A stretch of DNA of 64,000 nucleotides from Eledone cirrhosa (lineage: Eukaryota). Shown here piece after piece: positions 55,958-64,000 of the stretch. The position numbers and the translations under genes are program-made. The stretch is from positions 292,516,001 to 292,580,000 of the forward strand of contig OZ024741.1 of assembly GCA_964016885.1 (NCBI GenBank), in the 5' to 3' direction. The notes under the pieces were generated by a model. That model made no database searches. It had not been told where the DNA came from and was given only the letters and a program-made list of their open reading frames with translations. Numbering within the stretch: position 1 is the stretch's first letter; the number at the start of each line of letters is the position of its first letter.

Positions 55958-56201
55958 CATATATGTATATATGTATATATATATATGTATATATATGTAT
56001 ATATGTATATATGTATATATATATATATAATACAATATGTTGAAAAGGTAACACACCAGAGAGAGATATACAGTGCGCTATCAATAAAACAGGGAAAAAA
56101 ACCACCAGTGTATGGAATCTATAACCTATGAAAGGCAGACTATAGACACGATAATTAAAAATAAAAATTAAAGCGTAAATAAATACCTCTATAACTATAT
56201 A

Positions 56202-56283
56202 ACACACGTACAAATCCAAAGAGATCTGTTTCGCCAGTAAGTTGTTGACAGAAATGGAATAACCTCGGTTCCTCAGCGTGTGT
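56202..56283 (-). ncRNA. Type I hammerhead ribozyme (copy 2)
   Basis: Same sequence as 54162-54243. Confidence 0.8.
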
Positions 56284-56826
56284 AAGGCCATACATTTCAG
56301 ACAACATTAAGAGAATTTTAAAAGTGACTATCCAGCTACACGTGGGAGAGAGAAGTCACAGCGTGTTTAAGGCCAGTGAACCAGTGGCCTCTGAGGGATG
56401 AGCTGCTAGAAAGGGCAGCCCAAAACCACTCAGAGAAGTGTGCTCAACCAAACAGAGAGATAGGAAGGACTGTTATAAGGAGCGAAATATGACGATAAAT
56501 TAACGGAACCATAGAGCCACGCCATTCCCTGTAAATAATGTGCTCAAAGGAGAAGAAATCCTGAGCTCTTTAAAATACGATATTTTGAAAAGTTAACACA
56601 CCAGAGAGAGATATACAATGCGCTATCAATAAACAAGGAAAAGACCACCAGTGTATGGAATCTTTTGATAGCATACTCTGTATCTCTCTCTGCTGTGTTA
56701 CCTTTTCAACATATTGTATTTTAAAGAGCTCAGGATTTCTTCTCCTTTGAGCACATTATTTACAGGGAATGGTGAGGCTCTAAGGCTCCGTTAATTTATC
56801 GTGATACATATATATATATGTATATA

Positions 56827-56931
<105 letters not shown>

Positions 56932-57159
56932 GTATATATATGTATATATATATGTATATATATATGTATATATGTATATATATGTATGTGTATATATGTA
57001 TGTATATATATATATACACATACATATATAAATATACATATATATAAAAACATACATATAGATATATACGTATATATATATATATATACATATATACATA
57101 TATATATACATATATACATATATATATACGTATATACATATAGATATATACATATATAT

Positions 57160-57204
<45 letters not shown>

Positions 57205-57915
57205 TATATAAATGTATATATATGTATATATATATACACATACATATATATATATACATATATATATAAAAATACATATATATACAATATATGTATATAT
57301 ATATATTGTTATACTTTGGGAGGGTCATGTTGCCAATAAGAAACACACGCACCAGTTGCTTTCACTTCAAATGTGTATATATATGTATATATATATGTAT
57401 ACATATGTATATATATATGTATATATATATATATGTATATATATGTATGTATATATATGTATGCATATATGTATATATAAGTATATATGTATATATATGT
57501 ATATATGTATGCAAATATATGTATATACGTATATATATATATGTATATATGTATATATATATGTAAATATGTATATATATATATATGTATATATATATAT
57601 GTATATATGTATGTATATATATATATATGTATATATGTATATATATGTAAATATGTATATATATGTATATATATATATTTATGTATATATGTATATATAT
57701 GTATATATATATATATATGTATATATATGTATATATGTATATATATATATGTATATATATATGTATATATATGTGTGTATGTATATATATATGTATATAT
57801 ATTTGTATATATATGTGTGTATATATGTATATATATATATGTGTGTATATATGTATATATGTATATATATATATGTATGTATACATATATATATATGTAT
57901 ATATGTATATATGTA

Positions 57916-57947
<32 letters not shown>

Positions 57948-58191
57948 CATATATGTATATATGTATATATATATATGTATATATATGTATATATGTATAT
58001 ATGTATATATACATATATAATACAATATGTTGAAAAGGTAACACACCAGAGAGAGATATACAGTGCGCTATCAATAAAACAGGGAAAAAAACCACCAGTG
58101 TATGGAATCTATAACCTATGAAAGGCAGACTATAGACACGATAATTAAAAATAAAAATTAAAGCGTAAATAAATACCTCTATAACTATATA

Positions 58192-58273
58192 ACACACGTA
58201 CAAATCCAAAGAGATCTGTTTCGCCAGTAAGTTGTTGACAGAAATGGAATAACCTCGGCTCCTCAGCGTGTGT
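58192..58273 (-). ncRNA. Type I hammerhead ribozyme (copy 3, canonical G10.1-C11.1 pair)
   Basis: CTGAGGA-GCCG...TGGC-GAAA; otherwise as copy 1. Confidence 0.82.
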
Positions 58274-58793
58274 AAGGCCATACATTTCAGACAACATTAA
58301 GAGAATTTTAAAAGTGACTATCCAGCTACACGTGGGAGAGAGAAGTCACAGCGTGTTTAAGGCCAGTGAACCAGTGGCCTCTGAGGGATGAGCTGCTAGA
58401 AAGGGCAGCCCAAAACCACTCAGAGAAGTGTGCTCAACCAAACAGAGAGATAGGAAAGACTGTTATAAGGAGCGAAATATGACGATAAATTAACGGAACC
58501 ATAGAGCCACGCCATTCCCTGTAAATAATGTGCTCAAAGGAGAAGAAATCCTGAGCTCTTTAAAATACAATATTTTGAAAAGTTAACACACCAGAGAGAG
58601 ATATACAATGCGCTATCAATAAACAAGGAAAAGACCACCAGTGTATGGAATCTATTGATAGCATACTCTGTATCTCTCTCTGGTGTGTTACCTTTTCAAC
58701 ATATTGTATTTTAAAGAGCTCAGGATTTCTTCTCCTTTGAGCACATTATTTACAGGGAATGATGAGGCTCTAAGACTCCGTTAATTTATCGTG

Positions 58794-58841
<48 letters not shown>

Positions 58842-58878
58842 GAATATATATATATATATGAATATATATATATATATG

Positions 58879-58910
<32 letters not shown>

Positions 58911-58916
58911 TATGTG

Positions 58917-58947
<31 letters not shown>

Positions 58948-59125
58948 GTATATATATGTATATATATATGTATATATATATGTATATATGTATATATATG
59001 TATGTGTATATATGTATGTATATATATATACACATACATATATATATATATACATATATACATATATATATACATATATACATATATATATATATACGTA
59101 TATACATATAGATATATACATATAT

Positions 59126-59181
<56 letters not shown>

Positions 59182-59549
59182 AAATATATATATATATATG
59201 TATATATATATACACATACATATATATATAAACATACATATAGATATATACGTATATATATATATTGTTATACTTTGGGAGGGTCATGTTGCCAATAAGA
59301 AACACACGCACCAGTTGCTTTTACTTCAAATGTGTATATATATGTATATATGTATACATATGTATATATATATGTATATATATATGTATATATATGTATA
59401 TATATATGTATGTATATATGTATATATAAGTATATATGTATATATATGTATATATGTATGCAAATATATGTATATATGTATATATATATGCATATATGTA
59501 TATATATATATGTATATATGTATATATATGTATATGTATATATGTATAA

Positions 59550-59580
<31 letters not shown>

Positions 59581-60729
59581 TAAGAACAAAAGATGGTTAA
59601 AAGAGTTCCATCTATTTTAACAAATATCATCACGCAATAATATTTGTGTTTTCATCAGATAAAACAGGAAGACATGATATGAAGGTTAAAAAACACTTTG
59701 GATAGTTCAGTTTTAAATCAACATATGAGAAGTAGTTTTAGATTGATGTGTGATATTGGGAAAAATATTTCATTTAGAGGGGGGGGGGTGGAAAGGATGA
59801 AAAAGAGGAGGAGATGAGAGTAAAAAGTGGAGAGGGAGGAGTATAATGAGGAAGGATGCGATAGGAGGAGAGATGGGTGATAGAGAGAGAGAGAGATAGC
59901 TTTTATAACTGAGAAAGATATATTGTTTTACATAGAGAGGTTGAAAACCGTTGGAAGATAATGTATAAATTAAAAGAATTTGAAAATTAACGAAGAGAAA
60001 AAATAATGTAAAGTTAAGGTTTGTATATTGAGGGGTTTGATAATATGTGCGATGAAAAAGAAAATGTTAATATGTATTGAGAATAATATTTAGGGATTTA
60101 ATGATATGTGCGATCTTAAGAAAATGTTGATATGTATTATTAAAAGGAACAACAGGTTATTTAAGTAAGGAAATATTGTGAGATGACCATGAATGAGTTA
60201 GATGAAAGGGAGAAAAGAATAATGAATTGAGGATGAATAATCTAACGTCAAAAAAATGTATATGTTTACGAAGAATTTTTACAAGGTGATATAGAGTAAG
60301 AATGTATTGTATTATGTAATAATTGATTCTATGTTAGGCAAGCGTGAGAAAAGGTACATATTAGGGGTTAGACATTAAAAGAAGAAGAGAAGAAAGGGAA
60401 GTGATAAATAGGAGCGATGTAGAATGAGTAACAAGTATTATAGAATGTATAATAACCTTTGAAATAAGGTAGAAAGATGGGTTTATTTTTAAAAGAAGTG
60501 TATATATATATATATGTGCCTTTGAGAAAAAGATTCTAAATTGATAAAGAATTGAATATTAGCTGTATACTTTGTGAAATGTTTTATGGAATTTATTCAA
60601 GCTGATAGAAAACAAGTCAGTGCGTCTATTTATTATAGAATCTAAATTAGAAATAATGGTAAATTTTTCATTTAGACAGAGATTGCAAATTTTGGATAGA
60701 GAACTGTTCAAGTATGTAGACCCAGAAGC

Positions 60730-62384
60730 TGGTTCAACAAATTGAATAATAAAAACAAACTAAAATTTGTTCAATTTGATATTGCCAGCTACTATTCTTC
60801 TATTTCGCCTTCACTTCTCAATAATGCTCTATCTCTCGCACTTAAATATTCTGACATCACCACAGATGAATTTCACATCATTCTCACCGCACCTAAAACC
60901 ATCCTAGAGTTCAACAACGAATATTGGACCAGAGCCGATACCTCTACAACTTCGACATCACAATGGGAGCATCCGATTCATCCCAATTGACAGATTTAAT
61001 TGGTATCTTTATTTTGAACCCTTTGAGTCGGAAAATTCCTCAACTTCGCGGTGGAATTTATCGTGACGATGGAATCTTTACTATCTTAAATTGCAACATA
61101 GTTAACCTTAATATTATTAAGAACAATATACGTAATCTCTTTAACCAACATAACGTAAAAATTGAATTTGATAACAGCATCAAACTAGCTAATTTCTTGG
61201 ATGTATCTCTTAATCTTGACACTGGCCTATATTACCCTTACCATAAAAACAATGAGAACCTAAATTATGTTAACTTTAAATCTAACCATCCTACTAATAT
61301 CAAGAATGCTATAGTTAGTAATATTGGAAAAAGAATATCTAACCTATCTTCTAATAAAAACATCTTTGATGCTAACGCCAATTACTATAATAACGCGCTT
61401 TCTAAAGCCGGCTATCCTGATAAAATCAAATATAGTAAAGAAACAAATTCTAGAAGAAATTACAGTAGAATAATTAATCATGATCATTCCAATAACTTTA
61501 ATAAAAGACCTAGATACAAAAACATAATCTGGTATAATGCACCTTTCTCCATCTCTATTAATAACAATATTCCTAAATTATTCTTTAGTGCCTTAAATAA
61601 ATGCTTCCCTCCCTCACATATCTATAGTAAAATATTTAACAAACACGCTATAAAATTTTCCTATTCTACATCCTCCAACATTTCCAACATTATCTCTAAA
61701 CACAACAATAAAATACTAAATACTAAATCTCTTCCTTCCAACACTGAATATCATAATAATAGTACTCCCGACGTCATTGTAAACCCTAGGCTAATTTCTA
61801 CAAACCCAAATACAACGTCAAACACAACTTCGCTAAATGTTCCTAATCCCATTCTAAATCAAGAAACTATTATTCCTATCGCAAATAACTTCTCCAATCC
61901 AATTCCTTCTATAGATAACACTAGGTCACTCATTAATAATCTCCCTAATCGCAATTGCAATTGCCCTATTAAAAATAAATGTCCTCTCAACAACCATTGT
62001 CTTGATAAAAACTTAATTTACGAATGTAAAGTTATAACTGACACCAATTCCTTCACCTATTTTGGCTCCACTTCCACCTCTTTTAAAGCTCGTCTTTATA
62101 ACCATCATTCGTCTTTTAAATACAAACTTAAAAGAACAGACACGGCTCTCTCAGAACTCATATGGTCCTTCAAAGAGAAAAATATTAAATATAGCATCTT
62201 TTGGAAGAAGGTTTCTTCTGCGTCTTTATACTTGAACAGTTCTCTATCCAAAATTTGCAATCTCTGTCTAAATGAAAAAATTAGCATTATTTCTAATTTA
62301 GATTCTATAATAAATAGACGCACTGACTTGTTTTCTATCTGCTTGCATAAATTCCATAAAACATTTCACAAAGTATATAGCTAA
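60730..62384 (+). pseudogene. PLE-3 RT plus GIY-YIG ORF, 5'-truncated, one frameshift near 60930
   Basis: FVQFDIASYYSSI / FDITMGASDS, GGIYRDDG, NFLDVSLNL, YVNFKSNHP, CNCPIKNKCPLNNHC, LIY...TYFGST, FKARL..H, CNLCLNEK. Confidence 0.92.
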
Positions 62385-63281
62385 TATTCAATTCTTTATC
62401 AATTTAGAATCTTTTTCTCAAAGGCACATATATATATATATATATACACTTCTTTTAAAAATATACCCATCTTTCTACCTTATTTCAAAGGTTATTATAC
62501 ATTCTATAATACTTGTTACTCATTCTACATCGCTCCTATTTATCACTTCCCTTTCTTCTCTTCTTCTTTTAATGTCTAACCCCTAATCTGTACCTTTTCT
62601 CACTCTTGCCTAACATAGAATCAATTATTACATAATAAAATACATTCTTACTCTATATCACCTTGTACAAATCCTTCGTAAACATATACATTTTTTTGAC
62701 GTTAGATTATTCATCCTCAATTCATTATTCTTTTCTCCCTTTCATCTAACTCATTCATGGTCATCTCACAATATTTCCTTACTTAAATAACCTGTTGTTC
62801 CTTTTAATAATACATATCAACATTTTCTTAAGATCGCACATATTATTAAACCCCTAAATATTATTCTCAATACATATTAACATTTTCTTTTTCATCGCAC
62901 ATATTATCAAACCCCTCAATATACAAACCTTAACTTTACATTATTTTTTCTCTTCGTTAATTTTCAAATTCTTTTAATTTATACATTATCTTCCAACGGT
63001 TTTCAACCTCTCTATGTAAAACAATATATCTTTCTCAGTTATAAAAGCTATCTCTCTCTCTCTATCACCCATCTCTCCTCCTATCTCATCCTTCCTCATT
63101 ATACTCCTCCTTCTCCACTTTTTACTCTCATCTCCTCCTCTTTTTCATCCTTTCCACCCCCCCCCCTCTAAATGAAATATTTTTCCCAATATCACACATC
63201 AATCTAAAACTACTTCTCATATGTTGATTTAAAACTGAACTATCCACAAGTGTTTTTTAACCTTCATATCATGTCTTCCTG

Positions 63282-63348
63282 TTTTATCTGATGAAAACAC
63301 AAATATTATTGCGTGATGATATTCGTTTTTGAAATGCGCATAATAAAA
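63282..63348 (+). ncRNA. Type I hammerhead ribozyme in the PLE-3 pseudo-LTR
   Basis: Stem I TTTTAT/ATAAAA; CTGATGA; AT-rich stem II with AATATTATT/GATGATATT hairpin; GAAA; palindromic ATGCGCAT; AUA triplet. Confidence 0.78.
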
Positions 63349-63476
63349 TACATGGAACTCTTTTAACCATCTTTTGTTCTTATATATTATGTATACTCCA
63401 GTCCTACACATTGTAGAGTGCTTCTTATCCGATATCTGCATTGCTTTATTGTACTACAATAAAACTCACCTCCTAC

Positions 63477-63507
<31 letters not shown>

Positions 63508-63763
63508 AATGTGTATATGTATATATGTATATATATATGTATATATGTATATATATATGTATATATGTAAATATATATATATATGTATATATGTATATAT
63601 ATATATGTATATATATATATATGTATATATAAATATATATGTATATATGTTTATATATATATGTATATATGTATATATATATGTATATATGTATATATAT
63701 ATGTATATATATGTATATATGTATATATATGTATATATAAATATGTATATATATATATATGTA

Positions 63764-63849
<86 letters not shown>

Positions 63850-64000
63850 AATATATATATATATTTATATTTGTATATATGTATGTATATATATGTATAT
63901 ATGTATATATATGTACATATGTATATATAAATATATATATATATGTATATTTGTATATGTGTATGTATATATAAGCATATATGTATATATATATGTATAT
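63477..64000. repeat. Degenerate (TA)n/(TATATG)n microsatellite
   Basis: Direct sequence. Confidence 0.95.

Larger units (their letters stand above)
59582..63476 (+). mobile_element. PLE-3: 5'-truncated Penelope-like retroelement with ~1.15-kb inverted pseudo-LTR
   Basis: 59582-60728 is the reverse complement of ~62213-63383; right-only tail to ~63476; TA tracts on both sides. Confidence 0.92.

Overview
AT-rich eukaryotic (animal) intergenic or intronic DNA made almost entirely of microsatellites and transposable elements. The SINE families and (TA)n density look like an octopus/cephalopod genome, but that is an inference. No intact host gene is evident, and nearly all ORF-track entries are simple-repeat artefacts. 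Recognisable elements: a Helitron array with PIF1-like helicase remnants and a nested CACTA-type MITE (4.9-8.0 kb); RTE and CR1-type LINE remnants; two tRNA-derived SINE families; an internally deleted hAT transposon with TIRs and an 8-bp TSD; a decayed full-length Gypsy LTR element with a tRNA-Trp PBS; and three Penelope-like retroelements (PLEs, RT plus C-terminal GIY-YIG). The most striking feature lies at about 27-64 kb: a dense set of sequence-unrelated fold-back inserts sitting in (TA)n tracts, all with a hairpin-plus-one-sided-tail architecture. Many carry hand-foldable type I hammerhead ribozymes with unusual cores (CAGAAGA, UUGAAAA, GCAA, U-U closing pair) or ~100-nt stem II insertions. 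One is a ~540-nt non-coding, terminally redundant retrozyme-like unit amplified three times in a ~2-kb tandem. All folds and coordinates were read by eye; edges are approximate.
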